A DNA stretch of 64,000 nt, taken from the NCBI RefSeq assembly GCF_947581915.1, contig NZ_CANPWG010000054.1:15672-79671 (forward strand), written 5' to 3'. Position 1 is the first letter of the stretch. Each line of letters begins with the position of its first letter. A model generated the notes under the pieces. That model was not told where the DNA came from. It made no database searches and saw only the letters and a list, made by a program, of their open reading frames with translations. Positions 15,844-26,007 of this stretch are shown here, piece after piece. Origin of the DNA: Candidatus Palauibacter scopulicola (GTDB lineage: Bacteria; Gemmatimonadota; Gemmatimonadetes; Palauibacterales; Palauibacteraceae). The translations under genes were made by a program, and so were the position numbers.

Positions 15844-16455
15844 TTACATTTGGTCAGACCAAACGGAAAACACGGCTGCGGCGAAGGCCTCGACTTCGCG
15901 GGGGGACGCGAGGCGCACGAACCGGATTTGCGCCCAGCGCGGGCCCGACATGCACGCGAGCATGTTTCGCCGCTTGCGCCTGTGCTGCGTGATGATCCAG
16001 GCGAGGAGCGAGTCGTGCCGCCAGACCAGGAGGTGGCGCCAGAACCACTCCCGGTTCGTACCCCAAACCAGTTCCCCGGATCGCGAGCGTCGCCACGAGC
16101 GGCGGAGGAAGCGCCCCACGAGGAGCGGCAGCGGCAGGTCGAGCCAAACGACGGTATCGAGGCGCGGCCACAGCACCCGCCGGGAGAACTTCTCGTAGGA
16201 ACCCGCGACGACCCAACGTTCCCCCCGGGTCGCGTCTCGGATTCGGCGCTCGAACCTGTCGGGGTCCGTCTGGTTCAGCCCGACCCAGCCGGGCAGCCAG
16301 TTGAGCGCGTCCAGTTCCACGAACGGCGCACCCATCGCCTCCGCCAGCCGCGCCGCGAGCGTGCTCTTCCCCGACCCGCTGTTGCCCACCACCTGGACAC
16401 GGCCGCCGATCTCGGCGTCCGGCGCGATTCGACTACCATGAACTCGGCGGATCAT
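15844..16455 (-). CDS. P-loop NTPase/kinase (adenylate-kinase-like, topology-modulation-type)
   Basis: Start at MIRRVHG (ATG 16455). Walker A is VVGNSGSGKSTLA. Confidence 0.7.
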   Translation of the reverse strand: MIRRVHGSRIAPDAEIGGRVQVVGNSGSGKSTLAARLAEAMGAPFVELDALNWLPGWVGLNQTDPDRFERRIRDATRGERWVVAGSYEKFSRRVLWPRLDTVVWLDLPLPLLVGRFLRRSWRRSRSGELVWGTNREWFWRHLLVWRHDSLLAWIITQHRRKRRNMLACMSGPRWAQIRFVRLASPREVEAFAAAVFSVWSDQM

Positions 16456-16593
16456 GGTCGGCAGTCTACGGTGGAGCGCGCCGGGATGCTTGCCGGTCGG
16501 TCGGGGCGAGGGGCACAATGGCGGCCGGATGCCCGAGCCGAGGGCCGGCGCCCGATGTCCAACTCCGAACTCCAATCCCGGGAGTCATTTCAG

Positions 16594-18477
16594 ATGCGCG
16601 ACGCAGACCGAATTGATACCTCGCGGCCACGGTGGCCGACGTTCCGCCGCGTCCGGGCGCCGCTCTCGCTGGGTGCGTTCCTTGCGGTCTTATGGCTCGT
16701 CGGCGGGTGTCAGGCGGGGGACGCCGGGGCCGGGGCCGGCGCCGAAACGGGCGTTGCAACTTCCCCAGCCAGTGCCTTTAGCGAAGCGGGGGGCGCCTTC
16801 CCGGACGGGTGGCCCTTCGCGGCCGAAGACGCGCCGGTGACGGGCACGGAGGGGATGGTCGCCTCGACGGACGAGTTTGCGTCGCGCGTGGGTATCGAGA
16901 TCCTCGCGGCCGGCGGGAACGCGGTGGACGCGGCCGTGGCCACGGGACTCGCGCTCGCGGTCGTGAACCCGGAGGCCGGTAACCTGGGCGGGGGCGGGTT
17001 CATGATGATCCGCCTCGCCGACGGCACCGTCTTCGCGCAGGACCACCGGGAGAAGGCGCCGCTGGCCGCCACCCGCGACATGTACCTCGACGAGGACGGG
17101 AACGTGACCGACCGCTCCGTCCTGGGGCACCTGGCGGCGGGCGTGCCCGGGACGGTGTCGGGGCTGTGGGAGGCGCACCGGCGCTTCGGCGCGCTCGAGT
17201 GGACCGACGTGGTGCAGCCCTCCATCGACCTCGCGCACGGGTTCGAGGTCACGACGCGGCTGGTGTCCACGCTCGACGCGGCCCAGGAGGGGATCCGCGC
17301 CTTCCCGCACAGCGCGCGCATCTTCCTCCCCGGCGACGCCGTCCCCGGCCTGGGCGACACCTTCGCGCAGCCGGACCTCGCCGCCGTCCTCACGCGCCTC
17401 CGCGACCAGGGGCCCGACGACTTCTACCGCGGGGAGACCGCCGCCCTGATCGTGGCGGAGATGGAGCGCGGCGGCGGCATCATCACGCTGGAGGACCTCG
17501 ACCGCTACGAAACGGTGTGGCGCGAGCCGGCCGCCTTCGACTACCGCGGCTACACGGTGCACTCGATGCCGCCGCCGTCCTCGGGCGGCCTCACCATGGC
17601 GGCGATCGCCAACATCCTGGAACGCTGGGACCTGGGCGCCATGGGCTGGAACAGCCCCGAGACGATCCACGTGATGGCCGAATCCTTCCGGCGCGCCTAC
17701 GCCGACCGCAACGAGTACCTCGCGGACCCGGACTTCGTCGAGCTTCCCGCCGGCGAGTTCCTGTCGGAGGCCTACGCGGACCGCCGCGCGGCGACGATCT
17801 CCACGGAGCGGGCGACGCCCTCCGCCGAGGTCAATCCCGGGATCGACGCCTTCCTCGACGAGAGCCACACGACCCACTACGCCGTCGTCGACGCGGAGGG
17901 GAACGCGGTCGCGGTCACGACGAGCATCAACTCGTGGTACGGCGGCAAGGTCGTCGTGGACGGGGCGGGGTTCTTCCTCAACAACACGATGGACGACTTC
18001 GCGGCCAAGCCGGGCACGCCGAACCAGTTCGGCCTCGTGCAGGGCGAGCGCAACGCGATCGGCCCCGGCAAGCGCATGCTGTCGGCGATGAGCCCCACGA
18101 TCGTCGAGGACGCGGACGGCGACCTCTTCCTCGTCACGGGAACCCCCGGCGGCGCCACGATCATCACGACGGTGCTGCAGTCCATCTTCAACGTCGTCGA
18201 CCACGGGATGAACGTCGTGCAGGCGGTCCACGCCCCGCGGGTGCACCACCAGCACCTCCCGGACCTCGTCTTCCACGAGTTCGGGGGACTGGGGCCGGCC
18301 GCGGCGAGCGCGCTGGAGGCGCTGGGACACACAGTCCTCGAGCGCGACCCGGGCCCGCCCGACGCCTACTTCACCGGCGGGATGTCGGGCGACGTGCAGC
18401 TGATCATGGCGATGCCGGACGGATCCTGGACGGCCTGGTCCGACCCCCGCCGCGGCGGGACGGCGCTCGGCCGCTAG
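16594..18477 (+). CDS. ggt: gamma-glutamyltransferase
   Basis: It has GGNAVDAAVA, the catalytic-Thr region SHTTHYAVVD, FFLNNTMDDF and SAMSPTIV. The lipobox is LVGGC. An alternative ATG is at 16555. Confidence 0.9.
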   Translation: MRDADRIDTSRPRWPTFRRVRAPLSLGAFLAVLWLVGGCQAGDAGAGAGAETGVATSPASAFSEAGGAFPDGWPFAAEDAPVTGTEGMVASTDEFASRVGIEILAAGGNAVDAAVATGLALAVVNPEAGNLGGGGFMMIRLADGTVFAQDHREKAPLAATRDMYLDEDGNVTDRSVLGHLAAGVPGTVSGLWEAHRRFGALEWTDVVQPSIDLAHGFEVTTRLVSTLDAAQEGIRAFPHSARIFLPGDAVPGLGDTFAQPDLAAVLTRLRDQGPDDFYRGETAALIVAEMERGGGIITLEDLDRYETVWREPAAFDYRGYTVHSMPPPSSGGLTMAAIANILERWDLGAMGWNSPETIHVMAESFRRAYADRNEYLADPDFVELPAGEFLSEAYADRRAATISTERATPSAEVNPGIDAFLDESHTTHYAVVDAEGNAVAVTTSINSWYGGKVVVDGAGFFLNNTMDDFAAKPGTPNQFGLVQGERNAIGPGKRMLSAMSPTIVEDADGDLFLVTGTPGGATIITTVLQSIFNVVDHGMNVVQAVHAPRVHHQHLPDLVFHEFGGLGPAAASALEALGHTVLERDPGPPDAYFTGGMSGDVQLIMAMPDGSWTAWSDPRRGGTALGR

Positions 18478-18598
18478 GGTCCCGGCGCCGGGGGCACAGC
18501 GCAACGACCGGAGCTGGATTTCCCGTCCGCTGTGCGGCCAAGGGCACGGCGGTTACGTTGCGTTCCCCATCGCTCACACCTACTCCAGGAGACGAGGC

Positions 18599-18952
18599 TT
18601 GACGGCGGGGCGCATCATCTCGCAGCCCATCTCCCGCGCAGATCTCGCGCAAATGGCCGAGACCCAGTTCGGCGACTGGATCAAGGCCGTGGTCGACATC
18701 TCCCGGGAGGTCATGGCCGTCGGAGGCGATTTGCACGCGGATGATGAGGCGCTGCTCCTCCAGCACGACTCCCGCCAGCAGGATCTCTGGGGCATCAACC
18801 TGTATCTGGAGGACGAAGGCGCGGAATGGATCGAGTTCGACTCGCTGATAAACATTCGGCCCGCGCAGGCGAACCGCTCCCGCGGCGTAGACGACGAGCA
18901 GACGCGTGAGCGCATCCGCACGCTGGTCGAGTCGCTGGTTCTCGCCGAGTAA
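18599..18952 (+). CDS. conserved hypothetical small protein
   Basis: 117-aa ORF with a TTG start at 18599 and an internal ATG 18 codons later. GC3 is coding-like. Any family assignment would be a guess. Confidence 0.5.
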   Translation: MTAGRIISQPISRADLAQMAETQFGDWIKAVVDISREVMAVGGDLHADDEALLLQHDSRQQDLWGINLYLEDEGAEWIEFDSLINIRPAQANRSRGVDDEQTRERIRTLVESLVLAE

Positions 18953-18961
18953 GCGCGCACA

Positions 18962-19330
18962 ATGACGCCGCCTCTTCACAAGCAGGCCGCCGCGGGCGGA
19001 TGGGCCAAGCTCGATCTGGTCGAGCAGCTCGGGAACATCGGCAGCGAGGTGGAGCGCGCGATTCGCGCCCACGAGAGCGGGAAGGCGAGCCGGTTCGAGG
19101 GCGCTCTTGCGCGGGCGCTGGAGCTCTTCGACCTGACGGCCGCGGACCCCCGCTGGCACGGCCACCGCTGTCAGGAAGTTCTCCGCGCCCGCGAGGAGTT
19201 CTGCCGCCTCTTCTTCGACGCCGAAGCGCCTTCCGGCTCGGCGGAGGGACTGCGCAAGTATTTCTTCGGCTTCGCCTACGCCGCGCGCATGCGCCACTAC
19301 CGCCAGCACCCGGGGCTTGCCGAGGACTGA
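18962..19330 (+). CDS. hypothetical all-helical protein
   Basis: 122-aa ORF lying 9 nt after the previous gene. No domain is recognised. Confidence 0.5.
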   Translation: MTPPLHKQAAAGGWAKLDLVEQLGNIGSEVERAIRAHESGKASRFEGALARALELFDLTAADPRWHGHRCQEVLRAREEFCRLFFDAEAPSGSAEGLRKYFFGFAYAARMRHYRQHPGLAED

Positions 19331-19380
19331 TGGGCCTGCCGTATCATCTCCTTCATCCCGAGAGACCAGGAGATGACTCC

Positions 19381-22300
19381 ATGTACCAGCTATCGGTCCC
19401 GCGACTACGACGGCCGTCCAGCGCGCTGATCCCCCTGGCGGCGCGGTTTCTCCTGCCCCTGGCGCTGTTTCTCCTGTCCGGATCGCTTCTCCTGCCAACG
19501 GCGTCGCACGCGCAGGATCGCGAGGTACAGGTCACGGTGTCGGAGGGGACGAACATGGCGGCGGCGGTATCGCCGGACGGGAGCCGGATCGTGCTCGACC
19601 TGCAGGGGACGCTGTGGGTGATGGACGCGGGGGGCGGCGAGGCGCGCGCGATCACGGACATGTACTACGACGCGCGGCAGCCGCAGTGGGCGCCGGACGG
19701 GAGCCGGATCGTGTTCCAGTCGTTTCGGGACGGGCGCTGGCACATCTGGTCGATCGCGTCCGACGGGACCGATCCGGTGCAGCACACCTTCGGTCCCTAC
19801 GACGAGCGGGAGCCGGCCTATTCCCCCGATGGCGGCGCGATCGTCTTCGCCTCGGATCGTTCCGGCAACTATGACATCTGGACGCTCGACGTCTCGGGCG
19901 GGCCCGGCGACGGCCGAATCCAGCGGGTGACGGACGCGCCCACGCACGAGTTCACGCCGCAGTGGTCACCGGATGGCGAGTCCCTGGCCTACGCTTCGGA
20001 CCGCGCCCTCGGGGCGATCGTCGTCCGCGAGAGCGGCGGCTCGATCCGGGTCGTGGCGCGGAACGCGGGCGCGATTTCGCCGGCGTGGAGCCCGGACGGA
20101 AGCCGGATCGCGTACTCGGCCGTCGTCCAGGGCCAGACCGGCCTCTGGGTGGCCGACGCCGGCGCCGACGACAGCGGAGGCGGGGGCGCCGCCACGCCGA
20201 CGCGCCTCACCGAAGAAGGGGCGGACGTCTTCCCCTTCCGTCCCATGTGGATGGGGGACGGGATGGGAGACGGGACGGACGCCGCGGAGATCGCCTACAC
20301 CGGCGACGGCCGCATCCGGCGCGTGTCGGCGGACGGCGCGCCGGGGGCGGACATCCCCTTCGAGGCCACGTTCGCGTTCACGCGGCGCGACTACGAGCGC
20401 GCGCCGCGTTCGTTCGAGGCGGGAGGACCGGAGCCCGTGCAGGGGATCGTCGCCCCGGCGGTCTCCCCGGACGGTCGCCACATCGCCTTCACCGCGCTCG
20501 GCGACCTGTGGCTGCTCGACATCGGGGCGGGCGGAGCGGACGGGACCGACGAGGCGGGCGGCGCGAGGCCCCGGCGGCTCACGGACGACCCCTTCGTCGA
20601 CCTGATGCCGGCGTGGTCGCGCGACGGCTCGCGGCTTGCCTACGCCTCGGACCGGGCGGGCTCGCTCGACATCTGGGTGCGCGACATGGCCACCGGCACC
20701 GAGACGCGCGCCACCGCCGAGCCGGGCGGAGAGGTGGGCCCCGTGTTCTCCCCCGCCGGGGACCGGATCGTCTTCACCTCGGTCATGGGCCTGCAGGCCG
20801 CCGTGCAGGCCGTGGACCTCGCGACGGGCGAACTCACCACGATCCGCGGCGATCTCTTCGCTCCCAGCCGGCCGTCGTTCTCTCCGGATGGGCGGACGAT
20901 CGCGATGTCCGTCCTCTCCCAGTACTCGTCGCGCTTCCGGGAGGGGCGGAACGAGATCCTCCTGCAGCCGCTGGACGGAGGCGAGACGCGCGTGGTCACG
21001 GCGGCCGATCACGAGAACATGGGCGTGCGGGCGCTCGACGGGCCGGTGTGGTCGCCGGACGGGCGGCGCATGGCGTACGCCAGCGAGGGCGTGCTGTGGA
21101 TGGTCGAGGTCGACGCGGACGGCGTGCCCAGCGCGCCGCCGACACGTCTCTCCAACCACCACGCGGACGCGATCTCGTGGACGGGCGACTCGCGGTCCAT
21201 CGTCTATCAGTCGACGCGCGGCCTGCGCCGCTACCACCTCGACGACGGCCGCTCCGAGGAGATTCCGCTGCGGCTGGAGTGGCAGCGCCCCGCGCGCGAG
21301 GGTGCCGTGCTCGTGCGCGCGGCGCGCGTGTGGGACGGCGTCTCGGACGAGATCTCCCGCGACATGGACGTCATCATCGAGGGCAACCGGATCGTCTCCG
21401 TCGTCCCGCACAGCGACGCGAACCTCGCCGCGGTCATCGACGCGGGGGGCGAGGTCGTGGACGCGGGCGACCTCACCGTCCTTCCGGGCCTCGTCGACAT
21501 GCACTCGCACATGGGCTACGGGATGGGCGAGGCGCTGGGCCGCGCCTTTCTCGCCTACGGGGTGACGACGATCCGCGATCCCACCTCGGACCCCTACGAG
21601 ATCGCCGAGCGCCGGGAGTCCATCGACTCGGGCCGCCGCATCGGACCGCGGGAGTTCGCCACCGGCCGCACGATGGACGGCAACCGGATCTACTACTCGG
21701 GCGCCGGCTCCCTCGGCCCCAACGGGAACCTCGAGCTGGAGCTGGACCGCGCCGAGCACACGGGCTATTCGCTCATCAAGACCTACGTCCGCATGCCGGA
21801 CCTCATCCAGCGCCGCATCATCGAGTTCGCGCACGGGATCGGGATTCCGGTGGCGAGTCACGAGATCTATCCCGCCGTCGCCCACGGCCAGGACCACGTC
21901 GAACACATCTCGGGCACGAGCCGCCGCGGCTATTCGCCGAAGGTGACGGCGATGTACCGGACGTACGACGACGTGATCCAGCTCCTTACCGCCTCCGGCA
22001 TGACGATCACGCCGACGATGGCCCTCATGGGCGGCTGGTGGAAGTCCGTCGGCGACGACCCGTCGTGGACGACCGACGCTCGCTTCGAGGCCGTGTTCCC
22101 CGAGGGGATGGCCGAGGCCATGACCGCGCGCGCCCTCACGAGGGGCCGGGCCGGCGGCATCGACGGGCTGCTCGCCGACGCCGGCCGCACCGTAACCCGC
22201 GTCGTGCGGGGCGGAGGCAAGGTGGTGGCGGGAACGGACTCCCCCATCATCCCCTACGGCGCCGCCCTCATCGCGGAGGTCGAGAACTACGTGTGGGGCG

Positions 22301-22533
22301 GCCTCACGGAGGTCGAGGCGCTGCGCACGGCGACGTCGGTGGCCGCCGAGGCGCTCGCGATGGAAGGAGAGATCGGAACGCTGTCCGCCGGAGCCCTGGC
22401 CGACATCCTCATCGTCGAAGGCAACCCGCTGGAGGACATCGAGGACCTGCGCCGCGCCCGCATCGTCATCAAGGACGGCGAGATCTTCCGCCTCGAGGAC
22501 CTGTTGCAGCCCCCCCGCGCGCTCGTGCCCTGA
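19381..22533 (+). CDS. TolB-like beta-propeller repeats fused to an amidohydrolase domain
   Basis: Start at MYQLSVPRL with a signal peptide. Many repeats of the SPDGSRIVF/YASDRSG type (WD40-like/TolB) are present. The C-terminal metal-dependent hydrolase motifs are VLPGLVDMHSHMG and VVAGTDSP. Confidence 0.85.
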   Translation: MYQLSVPRLRRPSSALIPLAARFLLPLALFLLSGSLLLPTASHAQDREVQVTVSEGTNMAAAVSPDGSRIVLDLQGTLWVMDAGGGEARAITDMYYDARQPQWAPDGSRIVFQSFRDGRWHIWSIASDGTDPVQHTFGPYDEREPAYSPDGGAIVFASDRSGNYDIWTLDVSGGPGDGRIQRVTDAPTHEFTPQWSPDGESLAYASDRALGAIVVRESGGSIRVVARNAGAISPAWSPDGSRIAYSAVVQGQTGLWVADAGADDSGGGGAATPTRLTEEGADVFPFRPMWMGDGMGDGTDAAEIAYTGDGRIRRVSADGAPGADIPFEATFAFTRRDYERAPRSFEAGGPEPVQGIVAPAVSPDGRHIAFTALGDLWLLDIGAGGADGTDEAGGARPRRLTDDPFVDLMPAWSRDGSRLAYASDRAGSLDIWVRDMATGTETRATAEPGGEVGPVFSPAGDRIVFTSVMGLQAAVQAVDLATGELTTIRGDLFAPSRPSFSPDGRTIAMSVLSQYSSRFREGRNEILLQPLDGGETRVVTAADHENMGVRALDGPVWSPDGRRMAYASEGVLWMVEVDADGVPSAPPTRLSNHHADAISWTGDSRSIVYQSTRGLRRYHLDDGRSEEIPLRLEWQRPAREGAVLVRAARVWDGVSDEISRDMDVIIEGNRIVSVVPHSDANLAAVIDAGGEVVDAGDLTVLPGLVDMHSHMGYGMGEALGRAFLAYGVTTIRDPTSDPYEIAERRESIDSGRRIGPREFATGRTMDGNRIYYSGAGSLGPNGNLELELDRAEHTGYSLIKTYVRMPDLIQRRIIEFAHGIGIPVASHEIYPAVAHGQDHVEHISGTSRRGYSPKVTAMYRTYDDVIQLLTASGMTITPTMALMGGWWKSVGDDPSWTTDARFEAVFPEGMAEAMTARALTRGRAGGIDGLLADAGRTVTRVVRGGGKVVAGTDSPIIPYGAALIAEVENYVWGGLTEVEALRTATSVAAEALAMEGEIGTLSAGALADILIVEGNPLEDIEDLRRARIVIKDGEIFRLEDLLQPPRALVP

Positions 22534-22575
22534 CCGCGTGGGGACGCTTCGGCGGGTTACGGCGGGAGAATCTCG

Positions 22576-23232
22576 TCAGCCTCCGACCGGGAACACGAAC
22601 CCGGCCTGAAGCGCCAGGTGCCGCGTGTTGACGGTTCCCGTTGACGTGTCATCGATGTTCGCGAGTCCCAGCGAGTAAATCAGATCGACCCCCAGCCGCA
22701 CATCGCCGGAGATCGCCAGTTCCACCCCGGCGCCCGCCGCGATGCCGAAGTCGGTCGGTTTCGTATCGGCGTCGCACGACCCGGCCTCGCTCAACGATCC
22801 CAATTCGCCAAGATCGACCTCCACGCTCGTGTCGCAGGAAAGCAGGGAGGCCGCCCACGGGCCCAGCAGCAGACCGAAGGACGCTCCGCGGCCTCGAGGT
22901 GTTCCGATGCGCACGAGCGCCGACGCCTGTACCCAGTCCGCCTCGATGCGGCCCGACCCGACGCCTTCGATGCCTTCCGACGCGAGGTCCACGGACTGGG
23001 CCGTACCCTACTGGACATACGCTCCGCCGATCCGCAGCTCGACCGAGCTTCCGACCGGAAACGCGATGTCGAGGCCCGCAACCACGCCCCGCCGGGCCTC
23101 CTGGTCCCCAAACTCGTCCACATCCGTGGAGATGGTGGCATCGCTCAGCCCGCCACGAAATCCGAGCGTCGTTTGCCCCATCAGCGGGGCGGCGATCAGG
23201 AGGGGAAGGAGCGACGCGACGATTCTGCGCAT
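22576..23232 (-). pseudogene. porin-family beta-barrel paralogue interrupted by an in-frame TAG
   Basis: MRRIVASLLPLLIAAPLMGQTTLGFRGG...IGGAYVQ-TAG(23010..23008)-GTAQSVDLAS... continues in the same frame to 22576. The TAG aligns with the Lys of GMGLAQKGG in the two intact paralogues. Confidence 0.6.
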
Positions 23233-23264
23233 GTGGAAACCGACCTTTCGGAAGACACCGTGGC

Positions 23265-24176
23265 TCAGAAGAGACTCGTGACGATGAACAGTACGGCGAC
23301 GCCGCTCAGCACCCAAATCACGCGGTCGCTGCGCTGGAGGAGGACGTGCTTGTTGAGGATCGCCCCGATCGGGGCGGCGAAGGCGTAGGTCGCGAACAGC
23401 GTCATGTAGAAGTCCTGCACCAGGGAGAACGTGAAGCCCCCCGTGCCGCTGCTCGCCTCGATGATGTCGAAGACGGTGAAGATGATCGTGAACCAGACGC
23501 CGAACTGCAGGTAGAGCTTGGCCTCGGCGCGCCGGCGCCTGCGGAGGATGGCGAACGCGGCCAGCACCTGGCGGAAGGCGAGCGACACGGCCCCGCCGGG
23601 ATCGTTCGTGTAGTAGAACAGGCGCAGCCGGTGCGCCCAGCGGTCGAACCCCCGCAGGATTGGCAGGTTGGAGAGGGCGGCCCAGCGCGTTCCCAGCAGG
23701 GTGATCGCGATGAGCGCGAGCGCCGCGACGATCGGCTCGTAGATCCCGAAGCCGCGCGCGAAGGCGCCCATCGATCCGCCCGCCAGCATCATCACGACGG
23801 AGTCGGCGACCAGGCGGACGCGCGTCCCCCGCTTGGCGGCCCAGTGCGGCTCCGGCGGGAGCGTCTCCCCCTTGGCCGGCATGAAGGCGAGCTGGCGGGG
23901 CGGCAGGCCGAGGAAGCGCCGCCGCGCCTGGTCTTCGTTGAACTTCCGCACCATGCGCGGAATCAGGAGCACATCCAGCAGCCACCACAGCCCCGCACCT
24001 CCGAGCGTGAGGAGCATGAGGAGGCCGGTGCCGGGACGGTCGAGATAGAAGCGGTGGCCGCCGAAGATCCCCGTCAGGAGCCACAGCGGATAGGCGATGC
24101 CTTCGCGCTTCGGCCGGTAGCTGTAGAGCTGGTCGAGCACCGCCCGGGAGAAGTCGAGGTCGCCCCGCCCAGGCAC
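23265..24176 (-). CDS. TM2 domain-containing membrane protein
   Basis: The N-terminal AYPLWLLTGIFGGHRFYLDRPGTGLLMLLTLGGAGLWWLLDVLLIP is the TM2 signature, followed by further TM helices. It has a GTG start. Confidence 0.75.
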   Translation of the reverse strand: MPGRGDLDFSRAVLDQLYSYRPKREGIAYPLWLLTGIFGGHRFYLDRPGTGLLMLLTLGGAGLWWLLDVLLIPRMVRKFNEDQARRRFLGLPPRQLAFMPAKGETLPPEPHWAAKRGTRVRLVADSVVMMLAGGSMGAFARGFGIYEPIVAALALIAITLLGTRWAALSNLPILRGFDRWAHRLRLFYYTNDPGGAVSLAFRQVLAAFAILRRRRRAEAKLYLQFGVWFTIIFTVFDIIEASSGTGGFTFSLVQDFYMTLFATYAFAAPIGAILNKHVLLQRSDRVIWVLSGVAVLFIVTSLF

Positions 24177-24265
24177 CTGCGGCGGGCCCTGGTGCAGCGC
24201 GGAGAGCCCGAACAGGGTGTCGTCGGAGGCGTCGTCGGAGGTCCCGGCGGCGCGGTTTCGTCGCT

Positions 24266-25933
24266 TCAGAAGGCCACGGGCTCCTTGAAGCGGCCGTACA
24301 CCTTCTCCAGCACGATCCGGATCTCGCCCAGCGTCGCGTAGGCCCGCACGGCGTCGAGCAGCGGCGGCAGCAGGTTCTCGTCCTCGCGCGCGGCCCGCCC
24401 CAGCGTCTCGAGCGCCCGCTCGACCGCGCCGGAATCGCGGCGCGCGCGGAGATCCGCCAGCCGCGCCTCCTGCTTCGCGGCGGCCTCCTCCCCGATCTTC
24501 AGAATCTCGATCGGGGGCTCTTCCGCATCCTCGAAGCGGTTCACGCCCACGATCGTCTGCGTCCCCTTCTCCACCTCGTCCTGGAAGCGGCGCGCGGAAG
24601 CCGCGATCTGTGCCTGGAAGTAGCCGGACTCGATCCCGTACACGACCCCGCCGATGTCGTCGATCTCGCGGAAGATCTCCTCCGCCTCCGCCTCGAGTTC
24701 ATCCGTGAGCGACTCGACGTAGTAGGAGCCCGCGAGCGGATCGATCGTGTTCGGGACGCCGGTCTCGTAGGCGAGGATCTGCTGGGTGCGGAGGGCGATC
24801 TTCGCCGCCTCCTCCGTGGGGAGCGCGAGCGTCTCGTCCATCGCGTTCGTGTGCAGCGACTGTGTGCCGCCGAGCGCCGCCGCCATCGCCTGGTACGCGA
24901 CCCGCACGATGTTGTTGTGCGGCTGCTGGGCGGTGAGCGAGACGCCGGCCGTCTGGGCGTGCGTCCGCAGCCGCAGGCTCCGGGGATCCCGGGCCCCGTA
25001 CACGTCGCGCACGTGCCGGGCCCAGATGCGGCGGCCCGCCCGGAACTTGGCGATCTCCTCGAAGAAGTCGTTGTGCACGTCCCAGAAGAAGGAGAGCCGG
25101 GGCGCGAAGCTGTCCACCTCGAGCCCGCGTTCGATGCCCCGCTCCACGTAGGTGAAGCCGTTCTTGAGCGTGTAGGCGAGTTCCTGCGCGGCGGTCGCCC
25201 CCGCCTCGCGGATGTGATAGCCGGAGATGGAGATCGTGTTGAAGCGCGGCGCGGCGTCCGCCGACCACTCGAAGATGTCGGCGATGATCTTGAGCGCGGG
25301 CTCGGGGGGGAAGATCCACGCGTGCTGCGCCTGGTATTCCTTGAGGATGTCGTTCTGGATCGTGCCCCGGACCCGGTCGAGCGGCACCCCCTGGTTCTCC
25401 GCCGTGACCAGGAGGAAGGCGTACAGCATGAGGGCGGGCCCGTTGATCGTCATCGACACGGAGACCTGGTCGAGCGGGATCCCGTCGAAGAGCGTCTCCA
25501 TGTCGGCGAGGCTCGAGATCGCGACGCCGCACTTCCCCACTTCTCCTTCGGAGCGGCGGTCGTCGGAGTCGTATCCCATGAGGGTGGGGAAGTCGAAGGC
25601 GACGGAAAGGCCGGTCTGTCCGCGCCGGAGGAGGTACTTGTAGCGCTCGTTCGTCTCGTGCGCGGTGGCGAAGCCGGAGAAGAGGCGCATCGTCCACAGC
25701 TTCGTGCGGTACATCGAATGGTAGGGGCCGCGCGTGAACGGGAACTCGCCGGGCGTGCCGAGCCGGTCCAGGTAGCCCGCGGGGCCCGTGTCGCCGGCGT
25801 CGAGGGGGGTGTAGAGCGGCTTGATCTCCCGCCCGGAGATGCTCCGGAAGCTGGTGTCGTCGCGTTGCGGCGCCTGGCGGAAGACCGCCTCCCACAGCTC
25901 GAGTTGATCGCTCAGCGCACCGTGCTTGCTCAT
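24266..25933 (-). CDS. methylmalonyl-CoA mutase family, catalytic (N-terminal) subunit without a B12-binding domain
   Basis: It has GEFPFTRGPY, TMRLFSGF, LSVAFD, TMTINGPA and ISISGYHIREAG. It ends after the (beta/alpha)8 domain at 555 aa. Confidence 0.9.
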   Translation of the reverse strand: MSKHGALSDQLELWEAVFRQAPQRDDTSFRSISGREIKPLYTPLDAGDTGPAGYLDRLGTPGEFPFTRGPYHSMYRTKLWTMRLFSGFATAHETNERYKYLLRRGQTGLSVAFDFPTLMGYDSDDRRSEGEVGKCGVAISSLADMETLFDGIPLDQVSVSMTINGPALMLYAFLLVTAENQGVPLDRVRGTIQNDILKEYQAQHAWIFPPEPALKIIADIFEWSADAAPRFNTISISGYHIREAGATAAQELAYTLKNGFTYVERGIERGLEVDSFAPRLSFFWDVHNDFFEEIAKFRAGRRIWARHVRDVYGARDPRSLRLRTHAQTAGVSLTAQQPHNNIVRVAYQAMAAALGGTQSLHTNAMDETLALPTEEAAKIALRTQQILAYETGVPNTIDPLAGSYYVESLTDELEAEAEEIFREIDDIGGVVYGIESGYFQAQIAASARRFQDEVEKGTQTIVGVNRFEDAEEPPIEILKIGEEAAAKQEARLADLRARRDSGAVERALETLGRAAREDENLLPPLLDAVRAYATLGEIRIVLEKVYGRFKEPVAF

Positions 25934-26007
25934 GCCCCGTCCTGTATCGTCGGGCTCACGCCGCGGCCTCCCTGCCGCGCGCTACCGGCTCCCAAAGTAG
26001 GGAACGG

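Noticed and set aside
19962-22631. 889-aa and 646-aa alternative-frame or antisense ORFs over the TolB-amidohydrolase gene.
   Set aside because: They are low-complexity RGP-rich translations. The +1 frame from 19381 carries clear propeller repeats and metal-hydrolase motifs.
5885-23010. Idea that TAG is reassigned (or encodes pyrrolysine), because two in-frame TAGs (5885-5887 and 23008-23010) interrupt plausible coding continuity.
   Set aside because: TAG terminates well-conserved genes at their expected lengths in this window, for example TetR at 1456-1458 and ggt at 18475-18477. There is no Pyl context. The two cases are better explained as a point mutation and a coincidence.
24177-24265. 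Possible N-terminal extension of the TM2 protein from a CTG overlapping the mutase stop (CTGA). The stretch is open in frame and encodes an acidic segment with a GTCGTCGGAGG(C/T) tandem duplication.
   Set aside because: CTG initiation cannot be supported from sequence alone. I kept the GTG at 24176 as the start.
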